Positions 26,150 through 38,652 of a stretch of 64,000 bases of DNA are shown in pieces. Made by a program: the position numbers and the translations under genes. The notes under the pieces were generated by a model, which saw nothing but the letters and a program-made list of their open reading frames with translations, did not search any database and was not told the DNA's origin. Positions within the stretch are counted from its first letter, which is position 1, and each line of letters opens with the position of its first letter. Source of the DNA: Vicugna vicugna. Lineage: Eukaryota. The stretch lies in contig MU058065.1 in the NCBI GenBank assembly GCA_013265495.1, positions 3,327,003 through 3,391,002 on the forward strand, read 5' to 3'.

Positions 26150-26400
26150 ATGTGAAGTGCTTTTTAGTCACTACCTCATTTAATCTTCACACAACCCTAT
26201 GAAGTAGGTTTTATTGTTAGCCCCGTTCTACAAATGAGGAAACCCCTGGCCTGAATTTAGCACACGGATGCTTGCCTATCAATCATCCCATTTGATCCTC
26301 ACAACAGGAGCCATGGCTCAGAGACTTGCCCAAGGTCACACAGCCAGTAGTGACAGTCAGAACCAGCAGCCACATCTTCTGAGTCCAAGTCCGGTGTGTT
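26150..26400 (-). mobile_element. MIR fragments
   Basis: 'ctcatttaatcttcac...gttctacaaatgaggaaac', 'acttgcccaaggtcacacagccagt'. Confidence 0.7.
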
Positions 26401-27016
26401 TTTTCCAACGTAACATTTGAGTACAGGAACACATGGTTGTGTAGCCTTTCTTAAGATTTACCATTAACTGGGTCTTTGATTTTAATCGAAAACATGTTAA
26501 AAATTAATGAGCTAATGCATTCAGAAATTACAGCCTAGGTATTAGCCTGAATACATTTATATAAATAAACCCATTTTTAGATCTACTTATAAGAAAATAA
26601 CCCAAAAGCTAAATATATTTATCATTAAAAATTAAATAGGAAAGAAGTCCATAGTAACTCAGGCCTTAAGAAATCTGTTGCGTCATGTGAGCTATAAAAA
26701 GTTTTTAAAGAAGGGCCGGGTGGCGTATAAGTGATTGTTGTCACTGTCCTGCAGTCAGCCACCGCTTGCTGCTGTTTTCCTAAGAGAAGCATGTTTGCAG
26801 GGTTCTCTGGATGCTGACAGCTGCCCAGTGTGGGCCAGTGTCGCGGACTATGTCCTTCTGGGGCAGATGGCACTGGGTATAGCACAGAAGCCTGCATTTA
26901 GTTGATTCAGGCAGAACTGAGGAGCTCAGACATTGTTTGGTCCTGGCATGACATTTAAGTTAAGTTACAGCAAAAGATTACACCTAGTTGATGTATTCCT
27001 GATGCCTGTCCCTTTT

Positions 27017-27133
27017 CCATATTCCATCATTGCTCACTTCCGGAGTTTCACAACAGGAGGGGAGAAGGGGCGGGGCGACTTTAAGATACGCTTGGCCACC
27101 TGGCCAATACACATCACCAACTGCATAACCAAA
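27017..27133 (-). pseudogene. Partial diverged duplicate of SGPP2 exon 3 (acceptor plus first 104 nt) with an in-frame TGA
   Basis: ungapped match to 28158-28274 with 14 mismatches in 117 nt by manual alignment; LVMCIGQVAKRILKSPRPFSPPVVKLRK*AMMEYG. Confidence 0.93.
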
Positions 27134-28081
27134 CCCCCGGTGACCAGGTAGAAGAATGCAGAGGTGGAGCCAGAACCTGACCCTAATCTTGTCCTCTTCC
27201 AACCGCATCAGGCTGCCTCCCCTACTTCTGTGCAACCTGAACACGGAACGTCCCTGGGTTTCTGACATAAAGGGGCAGGAGAAACAACACTGTCCTGTAT
27301 GTACAAGACGGCTAGAGTTAATAAAATCCAAATTTCCCAACAGGTAAAAGGTAAAATTGATTAAGTTAAGTGCAAAATTAGAGCAAGATTTCTCAGGTAG
27401 GAGAAACAAATCTTTACTGCAGTAATAATGTAACTCTTAACAGGTCTTACTGTAATTGGATTTCAGCTGATATTAAGTGAAATTCTTCTATTTTCAACAT
27501 TTATTAATCTCCTGTCATTTAGACAGCTTTTTAGACAATGCGGAATGATTATTTCTATGGTTGAGCCCCAACCAGGGGCAGAGGCATCCTTGGGGGTAAT
27601 TGGTGCACAGACACTGTTTTTGCCTTGGGCCCAGGGGAGTCTAGCTGGAGGACTGGGTGACATCATCTCAGCCCTGGAGGATCATTTACGAGGATCATAA
27701 ACTCCTTGTGTCTGTTGCAAACAGACGATGAGGGCACCGATTCAAGTGCCTCTAGTCTGGCAGCTCAGGGTGGTAATTTTTCTGCAGGCGGAGACCACAC
27801 ACCCTGGTTCCCTGACAGTCTGTGTCATGTTTGTTGTGCTCTTATCATTATGAGTGGTGTCCACTTTCACTCTGGGGCACAACCTGATTTGGATACTAAA
27901 TCATACAGTCACTTCATTTATGAAGAAATTGTCACTGACCACTCAGTGAGTTTTAGTTCCCCTGGTCTTTATTTCATAAGCCTCAAAATCCCTCAGAAAA
28001 AGATAATTCTGAAGGGAAAGCCCTCTTGGTCCCTTGTCATACGGACAGGGTTACGTGGGAGGAAGAGTGCAGTCGCCTCAC

Positions 28082-28261
28082 CTGGTATCTGTCCATGCTA
28101 GAGATGAGGAGCGTGAAGGAGATGGTGGTGGCCGCCATGGCGTGGGTGGACGGCATCCCATATTCCATGATCACTCTCTTCTCCAGTTTCACAACAGGAG
28201 GGGAGAGGGGGCGGGGCCACTTCAAGATATCCTTGGCCACCTGGCCAATATACATCACCAA
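28082..28261 (-). CDS. SGPP2: SGPP2 exon 3 (180 nt, 60 aa) with PAP2 motifs C1 (KDILKWPRP) and C2 (PSTH)
   Basis: ttttgcAG|TTGGTG...[71 protein letters not shown]. Confidence 0.97.
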
Positions 28262-28514
28262 CTGCAAAACCAAAAGACTGAGGTAAGTCTAAGCAAAGGA
28301 GCAAAATGAATAAACTCCTAGGTTTCGTGAGTTTATTTGGGGGTTCCCTGTTTGTTGGCTGGAGTCACCTTTCCCTCTGACCCGGCTGCCTACTGGGAAG
28401 GCCTTGTAGCATGATATTTTAGTTGGTAGAAAGAGAAAGAAGCCTTCTGGATTGCAGAGGGTCCTGGGCAACTAGGATATGACATTAATACATGTCTTAT
28501 TTACTCTAGTCATA

Positions 28515-28705
28515 TATTTAACAAACATTTACATAGCTCATATGTGTGCCAAGCACTGGTGTAAAAGCTTTACAAATATTATCTCACTTAATCCAATAAC
28601 ACTTATAGAATGCAGACCCATTTTACAGATGAGTAAACCATTATACATAGCCAGTAAGTGGAAAGACTTGTTGGATTCAAATCCAGGGAGTTTGGGTTCA
28701 TTATA
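28515..28705 (-). mobile_element. MIR
   Basis: 'tatgtgtgccaagcactg...ctcacttaatcc...ccattttacagatgagtaaac...ggattcaaatccagg'. Confidence 0.75.
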
Positions 28706-29199
28706 TATATGTGCCTCAAACTATCATGATAATACCTCTGGGGTCTAATACTCATATCAGACAGCCCTGATTTTCAAGTTTGAACCAAAAAAAGTGACTA
28801 TTCTTATGGAACTTCTGGTTTAAAATTTTTTGAATGCCACTGTTACTCCTGACGTATGTAGGCAACATACTGGATATAATTTAGTTTTATTCAGTAATCA
28901 GGAGCATCATACAATAAATGGCATGACTATTTTCAACCCTAAATTAAAGGTAACTCAATCTGGGTTCTTTCAATTTATTTTTTTTTTCATGATGCCATTA
29001 ATGAAGAAATCCCCCTCTCTTTTTCCCTTAAAGTATAAGATAGAAATCAGAATTGCTTTCCACACCCTCCTGAGATGAACAGGACTGTTAACAAAGGACT
29101 TATTTCTTTTGTCAGAGAGCTTCGCAAGACAGTTTCATGATCTGTTATAAAAGAGGGAAGAGCAACCCATTTTGCAACTTAAATTGTGGTCTGAGGACA

Positions 29200-29335
29200 G
29201 GCAGCATCTGCACCACCCGGGTGTTGTTTTAACATGTGGAATCCCAGACCCCAGCCTGGACCTACGAAATCGGAACCCTCATTTTCACAAGGCTCGGGTG
29301 GTTCGCGTGCACACGACAATTTGAGAAGTAACGCT
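29200..29335. mobile_element. MER5A-like MITE
   Basis: 'cagcatctgcaccacccggg...cccagaccccagcctggacctacgaaatcggaac...cattttcacaag...tttgagaag'. Confidence 0.65.
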
Positions 29336-30729
29336 TTACACTGCATTCTTGCACAGGTCACTCTGTCATGGGCTTTAATTACAAACCTCCTCATCTTACC
29401 ATGGTCATATTGATCTTACTAGAGCTTTATTTAGCTCGTGATGGATGGAGTTACTTTGCTTTGGAACAAAACCCACCCACTATGAAGGACTATTTCAAAA
29501 TACTTTGATTAGGCAGCCAGATTGCTTTAGAGTTTCCCACATTCTCGTGCTTTCTTTTAACTCGCCTAGTTGCCAGTGAATCCTGAGCGTTATCCAATCA
29601 CACTCAGTATCCCCGGAAGGCGCAGCGTATGTTTTTGTGCTCCCCTGCCATTTCGCTCTGGGTTAAAAATCAAGAACCACTCTCTGTGCACAGCAGGCTA
29701 AATCCACAGGCTTTAAAGCCTCAGTGACAATCACTCCAAATTCCATAGGGGCGATTTCTAATCAGACTTTGAAACTTAACCTCTTTACCATCCCTTTATT
29801 ACCAGGAACTACTGTTTTGGAAACCACCTTACTCTTTTATGTTCCTGCCTCCCTCCTGTGAATCTATAAAAACCACCTCAGACTGACTATTATCTGGGCA
29901 GCTGAATAACTTACAGGTATTATTGACTACTGAGAACTTCTCAGAAGTTGCTTAGCTGTATTTCTCAACTCTGCCCTTTCTCCACTCATCTATGTAAACA
30001 AAACATTACAGGCATAATGACTAATTCTTATTCACTCAAAACCAATTAAAACCTCCAGATAGGAAACTTAAAAATTATAAAGTGAAGACAGGTTGGGTGA
30101 CCCTCATTTAGACAAAATTTAATTTCCTTGAAGTTCATGAATTTCTTTGACTTCATTTATTTTTTGCCTTCCATACCCGAAGGATGTTTTAAAGAATGAG
30201 GACAATTGTTCCATTTTATTTAAAAATATTCCCATATCTACACATTTCTGATCAACAAATTTTGAATAACAATGACTGCAGTGACAGCAATCTTCAAACA
30301 AGAGAAAGTGGAGCTACGTTTTCCAATCTGGAGGGAAAGAGCATGACTCACAGGGTGGTGAGTCCTGTCTCTGCCACTGCCTTCATCACAGCAGAACTGT
30401 GATGTGCCCAGCCCTGGGTTAGGTCCCCATGCTTGAGCAGAAAAACAGTCACATAGACAGAGGATCTCATCATAGTGCAAACACTCTTTGAAAAAAATTA
30501 TCCACAGAATTCTTCAGGTATGTACATATATAGGGACAGTCTTTGGTTCAACCTCAGGGACCAAGAGCACTGGGGCTGGATGTTGAAGAAGACTGTTTAA
30601 TAAGATAAGGGATGGGTAGAGAAACATCTACGCTGCAAGAACAGCATGAGCAAAGACTTAGAGAAGTGATAGTGGGTGTTATGTAGTGGGATCCCCTATG
30701 CGGTTAGGACCAGTGGGATTTAAACTGTG

Positions 30730-31665
30730 AGGTGCATCACTACACACCTATCAGAATGGCTGAGATGAAAAGGCCTGGCCATATCAGGTGCTGGGGAGGA
30801 TGGGGAGTACCAGGAACTCTCATACACCACTGGAGCAGGTGCAAAAGGATACAGCCACTTTGGAAAAACAGTTCTAATTTCTTAAAAAAGTTAAAACATA
30901 TGCTTTCCATATGATTCAGCCATGCCAATCTCAGGTATTAACCCACGAGGAGTAAAAGCATAAGGTTTGTACATGAACGTTGATGGCAGCTTCTTTGTAA
31001 TGGTCCCAAATTGGAAACAACTCAATATCCATCAATAACTGAATAGATGAACAAACTGTGATATAATCATATAGTTTGCTTTTTTTTTTAATGGAGGTAC
31101 TGGGGATTGAACCCAGGACCTCGTGCATGATAAGGATGTGCTGTACCACTGAGCTATACCCAAACCTCTTTTGCTTTTTTGTTTATTTTTGTATAATCAT
31201 ACAGTTGAATACTTTCCAACAACAACAAAAAAGAACTATAGTTATCATGCTACAGCATGGGTGAATCTTAAAATAATTATGCTGAATGAAGAAGCCAGGC
31301 CAAAACCAAACAGTACATACTATACGATTTTGCATACATAAAGTTCTTGAAAATAGGGATGGCTTTATAGGACAGAAAAGAGATCAGTGGCTGCCAGGGA
31401 GAGGGGAAAGAAATTACAAATTAGCATGAGGAAACTTTTTGGGGTGATGAATGCCTATCTTAGTTACGGTGATGATTTCAGGGGTATATACATATATCAA
31501 AATATGCCAAGTTGTACATTTCAGATGTGTAAACTTTGTGAATACACAAAAAATTATTGAATCATATACTTTAGAAGTATGAATTGTATAGTATGTGAAT
31601 TTTATACCTCAATAAAGCTAAGTATGGACAATTTATTGTATGTCAATCACATCTTAAAAAGTCGT
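30730..31665 (+). mobile_element. L1MC/MD-like 3' region interrupted by a SINE
   Basis: 'cactacacacctatcagaatggct', 'tacagccactttggaaaaacagtt', 'atgggtgaatcttaaaataattatgctga'. Confidence 0.8.
31077..31191 (-). mobile_element. Vic-1-like SINE, short form, with 15-bp TSD
   Basis: tRNA head at about 31092-31161; TSD tataatcata(t/c)agtt at 31062-31076 and 31192-31206. Confidence 0.85.
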
Positions 31666-31677
31666 TACACAGAACCT

Positions 31678-31825
31678 TGGGCCGCTATAATTACCGATTA
31701 TAGACTAAGTGGCTTATAATCAACAGGAATTTATTTCTTACAGTTCTGGAGGATGAAGTCCAAGATCAAGGCAGAGTCAATATCTGGTGAGGGCCTGCTT
31801 CCTGGGTCACAGTTAGCCCTCTTCA
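31678..31825 (-). mobile_element. MaLR (MLT1/MST-type) LTR fragment
   Basis: 'gtggcttata...caacaggaatttatttcttacagttctggagg...aagtccaagatcaagg...tctggtgagggcctgcttcctgg'. Confidence 0.75.
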
Positions 31826-31829
31826 CAGC

Positions 31830-32312
31830 ACTAACAGAAGTGAGCTTTCAAGTCATGAAAAGACATGGTGCAAACTTAAATGCACATTGCTAAGTGAAAG
31901 AATCTAATCTGAAAAGACTACGTGCTGTATGATTTCACCTATATGACATGCTGAAAAAGGCAAACAATGAAGAGAGTAAAAAGATCAGTAATTGCCAGGG
32001 GCTGGGCACAGGGGTAGGTGGAACCCAGTTAATTTTAAGGGTAAGTGAAACTATTCTGTGTGGTACTGTAATGGTGAATACACATTATACATTTGCCCAG
32101 ACTCATAACATGTACAACACCAAGGGTGAACGCTAACGTAAACTAAGGATGTTGGGTGATTATGATGTGTCAGTGTAGGATCATCAGTTGTAGCAAATGT
32201 CCGCTCTGGTTGGAGGATGCGCATGTGTAGGGCAGGGTAGATGGGAATTCTCTACACTTCCTGCTCAGTTTTGCTGTGAACCTCAACCTCCTCTAAAATA
32301 AAGTCTGTTAAA
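31830..32312 (+). mobile_element. L1MC-like 3' end
   Basis: 'catgaaaagacatgg...aacttaaatgcacattgctaagtgaaag...ttttgctgtgaacct...ctctaaaataaagtct'. Confidence 0.8.
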
Positions 32313-33150
32313 AAGAGTACTATGGTTGAAGAGAACCATTTCTCCATTTAGTTCGTGGTTAAAGAGTATAATGATTAACTCGAGATGGCTTGCCCTAAAT
32401 GAAGGACTTTGCTCTGTATTGTTGAAGGGTCCTTCTACCTAAAGGAAACCAAATTAAGCTCCATCATCCATCACACTCCTCTGGACTGACGCCCCCAAGG
32501 CCTATGTGTAAAAGCAAAAATCCATGGGGAGGCAAGACAGGAAGCACTTAACAGCTCATTAATGCCTTAGCAGCCTAGCTGGGTCCCCTGTATGGTGTTG
32601 GGGCCCCATAGTGTTTCATGATGAGGAATTAGCCTCTTGGCTTACTTCTTCCCTAATTAATATAGAGGCGGAAAGAAAATCTGGTTCTCTGGATAGTCTG
32701 TTGCTGACCCCAAGCAGACAAAAGGCATTTCTAGAGAACCAATTCTGTCAACATGAAATGTGTCTTCACAAGTTGGGAGAGTTTCCAACTTGGGGTCTGT
32801 CCTTGATGGCTGGGATCACTGGGGCGGGCTGAGAAAACAGCTCTTGGTGTGACGGCCCTTCCTAGTTATTACAACCCAAAACGACAACTTTGCCATGTCT
32901 AACACATCTCCGATGAACCAAATTTTACTGTTCACGACAGGATAAATAAAACCTAAATAGTTCAGAAAACAGAAGTTCCTTGAAATAGCATTACTAGTAA
33001 AGCAGCCAAAGGATTTCAAAAACAAAAAAAGCCATACATCATACACTCATTTTCTATGCTCTAAGATTGCTGATTCCCCTCACCCCAACCCCATTTGTCC
33101 TCTTCCTCCCAAAGCATCCCCATCCCTGTGATGTGAAGGCTCCACTATTA

Positions 33151-33260
33151 GTTTTTTTTTTTTTTCATTGAAGTACAGTCAGTAGCAATGTGTCAGTTTC
33201 TGGTGTTCAGCACAATGTCCCAGCCATACATATATATACGTATATTCATTTTCAGATTCT
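33151..33260 (-). mobile_element. Short young L1 3' terminus with TSD
   Basis: polyT plus 'cattgaagtacagtc...tttctggtg'; flanks tccactatta / tccactgtta. Confidence 0.8.
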
Positions 33261-33679
33261 TCCACTGTTACTATAATAAAAGCTAAATCCTCTGTGGGAT
33301 GGAAGGAATGCCAAGAGGCTGTCTCCAAATTACATCCCCACTGACTCCCCAAAACATTTTGATAAATTCTAACATCTTTCTTTCCCTTTGTCTGTGCCCA
33401 TAGCCCACTTCACCATGGGGAAATCACAGTGCAAAGATCACCTAACAGGAATATATGATATCTCTCAGGTCTCATGGGGCAGAAGCATCACGAATCACTG
33501 GGATTTACAGTTTATCCGTGGATTTTCTTTTAAAAGTCAGGAATTAGTCTAATCATTCTAGAGAATAATGAGAATATACCAAAGACCACAGCTCGTCTAC
33601 CCAGACTGTTTTTTAAAATCTCTCCAAATCAAGCTCATTCCTTCTTCTCAGGTTACTAGTATGATGATTTGGATAAAGA

Positions 33680-34235
33680 CCAGACACCCAACTGCTTCAC
33701 TTCTAGGTACATATCCAAGAAAACTGAAAATATATGCCCTCACAGAAGTGTGTACACGAATATTCTTAGCATTATCCTTCAATAATCAAAGAGTTCCAAC
33801 AACCCCAATGTCCATCAGTTGATGAATGGATGAACAAAATGTGGTATACCCTTACAACGAAATATAACTTGACCATAAAAAGCAGCAAAGTATTGATACA
33901 GGTTACAACATGGATGGGCTTTGGAAACTGTATGCTAAGTGAAAGAAGCCCGACATGAAAGGGACAAACATTGTATGATTCAATTTATATGAAATGTTCA
34001 GAACAGGAGAATCCATAGAGACAGGAAGTAGGTTAGTGGTTGTCTAGGGCTGGGGTGGGATGGGAAATGGGGAGTGAGTGCTAGTGGACATGGGGTTCCT
34101 CTTCAGGGAGATGAAAATTCTGGAGTTAGACAGTGGTGATGGTTGCACAACTTCATGAATATAACAAAAAACACTGAATTTTATTCTTTAAAAAGGTGAA
34201 TGTTATGTTATGTGAACTGTGCCACAGTGGAAAAG
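33680..34235 (+). mobile_element. L1MB-like 3' end
   Basis: 'aatgtccatcagttgatgaatggatgaacaaaatgtggtat', 'tagacagtggtgatggttgcacaac'. Confidence 0.85.
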
Positions 34236-37200
34236 AGAAAGAGGAACTAAACATCAAGATGGGTTCTGAAATACCTGTTCTATATGCCCTTGAAGTCCTT
34301 TGTTCCAAAATACTGATTCAATAGAAGCAGCCATGATTGCTCTTCGTATTTTCTCCAAAAGTCCTGCCCAGCTCTGCCCCCAAACCCCAGCTCTACAGGG
34401 CACTGAGGAGATGATGACCACACATGCCACAGAGAAAGCTGCTGAAAATCTGCCTACTCAAACCCGTGAGCATGGGATTCATTTGAAGGGCAATTGTTAG
34501 CTGTGGAGGCTTCTCAGATCGACAATTTCACACACAAAAAAGAGACTGACTACATTAGCCTGCATTTTTGTTTACTCAGTGTTCAGTCTTTTTTTCCCCC
34601 TCCCTGGAATACACACTGCTCAGTGGTCTCATATTTGGCTTCAGGGATTGAATTAAAAGCAGTTCTTTGTTATGGGTATTTGGGAACGTTCTAGAGACTA
34701 CTGCTTACCAGCCAGCGTAAAAAAGTTGCTTTCAGTTGGTGAATGTCCTCTCGTGCTTGTGGCATTATTTTTATTGACTTTTTAAAAATCAGAGCACTTT
34801 GACAGTGTGTATCATGTGGGTTTGTATGGGTTTGTGGGGGGGGTGGGGTGAATTCCTGGGATGGGCAATTGTAATTTCCAACCAATACGATTTTATTCCA
34901 TGCCAGAAGCACCAAAACAAAGAAATTACTGAACAGGCACCATAAATCATAGAAGACTGTCAGCAAACTGGTTTTGAATATTCCAAGTTCCGTAAAAATG
35001 GAGATACAGTAAAAATGGAGATAAGTGGAGATACAAAAGCGCAAAAATAAAACAATCCGGTGACAACATTTTCTTGTTCTTTCTAAGGCTCAGTTTTTTC
35101 AGGCTCAGATCTGCTTCTGAAATTCCTGAAGACAAACACTACAGGTGCAAAGATTAGTAATTAAGTCACAGATGTGTACCTTTAAAAGTTACTTCAAAAC
35201 AACTGGGCCTTCTTTTCATTATTAAGAAAGACTTGGATTAAATAATAGCATTTGTGCAGTGATTGCTTAAGAGTGTAATTTCATTGACATTATTTATTCT
35301 ATGTTCATATCACTCTTATTTTACAGAAGAGGAAATTGAGGCTTAAAGAAGGTAGATGTTCCTCTAAAGATAATACAATGAGTATAGAGAAACCAGGGTT
35401 GAACTTCATTCTGATTCTGAACCCTACGATCTTTATCATACTCCACCATCTGGTATGACAATTAATACTGAGACTAGATACCTATTTTTAAAAAACTTAA
35501 ATTCTATGATCCTAACCCATTAGATCTATGTAATACTCAGTAGAGGCCACCTGATTGCCTTTGGGTCTAAAAGATCAAGATGTCACATCTTATGAGAGAA
35601 CTGCCAAATTCTTACCCATACCATCCTACCAATGAACAGTCCAGCAGAAGACTAGGAACAGTGTCCTTTAACCACCATTGGATAAATGTCACATCCAAAA
35701 TGGTGTCCATTGACAGAATGAGTGTCTTTGGTCCTAAGAAATGTAAAACATGTACAAAAGCTAAAATCATGCATATGCCCACCTTCCTTCAACCAACTAA
35801 CCAACCAATCACAAAAACCTGGAAACAACTCAAAATGTTCATGACAGGACACTGGTTAAATTATGCAACCATTAAAAAAGCATTTTGAGATATACTGTTA
35901 AGTGAAGAAATCTCGAGGCAGCAACAGTATATGATCCCATTTGTAATTTTAAAATGTATTTATAAATAAATGCATGTAGTCCATGGGAAACTGTAGATGG
36001 TAGATTCACTGGGGTTTGAACTGAGGTCTGGGGTGGGTACCTTGTGTGCCATTTCACTTTCTCATGCAAAAGCAAATCAGATTTACTTCGGATAACAATG
36101 GAATTGTTGCTAAGAAAACTTCTTACTATTAGACTCCTCTCTCACATTTTGAAGTATATCGTCTGTTCTGTTGACCCCAGGAAAACAACTGCAAACTAAC
36201 ATTGAAAGAGCAAAACCTTTATTTTTACAGACTCTTGAATACAAAAATGCAATAGATGTTAGCCACAGGCCAAGTTCAACTTTCTTATCTGATTAGAATC
36301 ATGAACTATTCCCATCTCCAAATACGGTGCCACAGATCTTTGTGGGTAACCCAGTCAGACCACCTAGGCAATAGCTACAAAAAAAAAAAAAAAGGCATTT
36401 AAGTATAAATCTCAATTAAATATAGTCTCAGATTTTTCATGCTGAAGAGAAGCCCATCTTTAGTCTTGGCTGACTGACTACTAATCTAAGACTCTGCTCT
36501 TACCTGCACCAAAAACAGTAAAACCAGCTACCAAGATTCCTTCACAAATCAGAAACCCCAGCAAATACAGGAAATCACTCCAAGAAATCACCACAAGCAA
36601 TCTGAGCCAACAGCCCAACAGGCTGAGTTCTATACCAATCCGCTCCATTAATTAGCCAGGCTAGGTTTTTATGAGGCAAGAGCAGCCTAAATGACCAGCT
36701 TTTAATATTTTCAAGATCAAGTCACACAGTTTTAACTGGAGCACGTCTGGACCCCCAACAGGACACTTTCTGTGGCTCTCCCACCAAGCTGGGTTTAGAG
36801 GTCTCCTCTAGGCTCCCGAATCTGCTCAGCTCTCATAAGGGTTTTCAAACTACAGTCATTCACAAACCATATTCTAGATTCTGCCACAACCGTGGATCCA
36901 CCCATGTTGTTACCTCTTTAATACAGGTCTTCAAACTGGCTCACTCCCTTTCAGTGCAACATTTGTGAAAACATGGTCTGATGGTTAGTTATATTTTATA
37001 ATATACACTAAAACCAAGATGTATATATTTAAAGTAAAAAAAGATAAAAAAAGAAAAAAAGAAAGAAAAAAAAAGCTCCTCCCATGTTCTAGGGTCCTGA
37101 GGTGAGAGGCTTCTAGAAAATTTGATTTGTTGGGGATCTGACTTGCCATCTGGAGAAAAGTGCCAAATACAATGACATCAAGAAAGCAATGAAGCAACAG

Positions 37201-38094
37201 TCCAGGGCCCTAGAAAAGCATCCTGGGCTACACGCAGGACCAGCTGGCTGCCTTTGTGACAACCACGACCCCACTTTTGATTCTGGGGTGGGTATTGTAC
37301 TCAAGGACCACTTCATCAAACATATTTCTTGGTGGGATCATGAATCTGGCCAGAGCAACTGTATGGGGGCTCTTAGGTAGGGATCTTATGATCCACGTGG
37401 CCTCTAAGGAGTCAGAGTCCCGGACTATCCTTCCTGGCAAAAGCATGAGAGGCAGAGAGAGGCTCTCAGCCACTGAGGAATCCTTGCCCCAATTCTACCC
37501 CCAATTCACTGAGAATCTTTCATCCTTTCTATACAGCTACCATCTAGGACTGGTAAAGAAGGGAGGACTTAAGAGTCTTCCCTCATTGTACACCAACAGT
37601 GCCAACAATAAAATCCACTCCGTGCACAGTGGGGGTACAGATGAGGAAATAAGACCCATAGGGACACATGAAATTGACATTATAATCACTGACATTGTAA
37701 TACCACACATTATAATCAACAAAACCCCCCAAACTAAACAACAACAACAAAACCCTGGTGGTCTGTAATTTATACACTGATCTGAAGCGAGCAGGGTCTT
37801 GAGTCCTTTGTCATCTTGCAGTCGGAACAGCCCACAAATGTTGGCTTCACATCTCTCTTGAAGGTAGACTTGAGTACTGAAGGCAAGCAGATCAACATAA
37901 ATCTATGCTCTTAACACTTAAAATAAAACAAGAATTCACCACCAGCCTTCTCCTCTCTCTATATTATTTTAGCCCTAATATGTTTGAAATATTTCATAAC
38001 ATATTTAATACAATTTACAATTTATCATCATTTCAATAGGACTTCCTGACCATCCCTCAGCGTACTTCACAACAATGCTTCTGGATCTCAACAT

Positions 38095-38253
38095 TTTTGT
38101 TTATTTTCTAATTTTTTGGAGTTGGGGGAGGAGGTAATTAGGTTTATTTATTTATTTAATTATTATGATTTTCCTAATGGAGGTACTGGGAATTGAGCCC
38201 TGGATCTCATGCATGCTAAGCACGTGCTCCATCACTGAGTTATACCCTCCCCC
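38095..38253 (-). mobile_element. Vic-1-like SINE, long form
   Basis: 'gaggtaattaggtttattta...ggaggtactggg...gagttataccctcccc'. Confidence 0.88.
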
Positions 38254-38474
38254 CTTTTTTGCCTATTTTCTTGCTTAATTCTTTAATGGGTTACATAGTC
38301 TGAACAGAGATCTTTTAACCAGAATCATAAAGTTTCAATATTTCCCTTGGCCTCTCTCAAAACAGAAAGTTCCACAGCAGGTAATTAAGGCAAAGGGACA
38401 CCTTAAGTGATGTCCTTTGAATGGGCATCTTTTCTTCAACTAGAAACAAACCAGTTGTATATCATTTTTAAAAA

Positions 38475-38652
38475 TTTACTGTTTCTTTTTTAAAAATATT
38501 TTTATTTATTTATTATTGTATTATTTAATTATTTTATTTCAGCGGGGAGTGGGGAGGAAATTAGGTTTATTTATTTTTAGAGGAGGTACTGGGGATTGAA
38601 CCCTCATGCATGCTAACCATGAGCTACCACTTGAGCTATACCCTCCCTCCCC
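38475..38652 (-). mobile_element. Vic-1-like SINE, long form
   Basis: 'ggaggtactggggattgaacc...gagctataccctcc'; TSD-like ccagtt(g/a)tata(t/a)cattt flanks. Confidence 0.88.

Noticed and set aside
28278..28289. Plus-strand consensus donor GAG|GTAAGT beside the exon 3 acceptor
   Set aside because: A single motif with no supportable antisense exon structure.
34993..35036. Short 'aaaaatggagata' repeats (also a 16-bp duplication near 40092)
   Set aside because: Ordinary slippage duplications.
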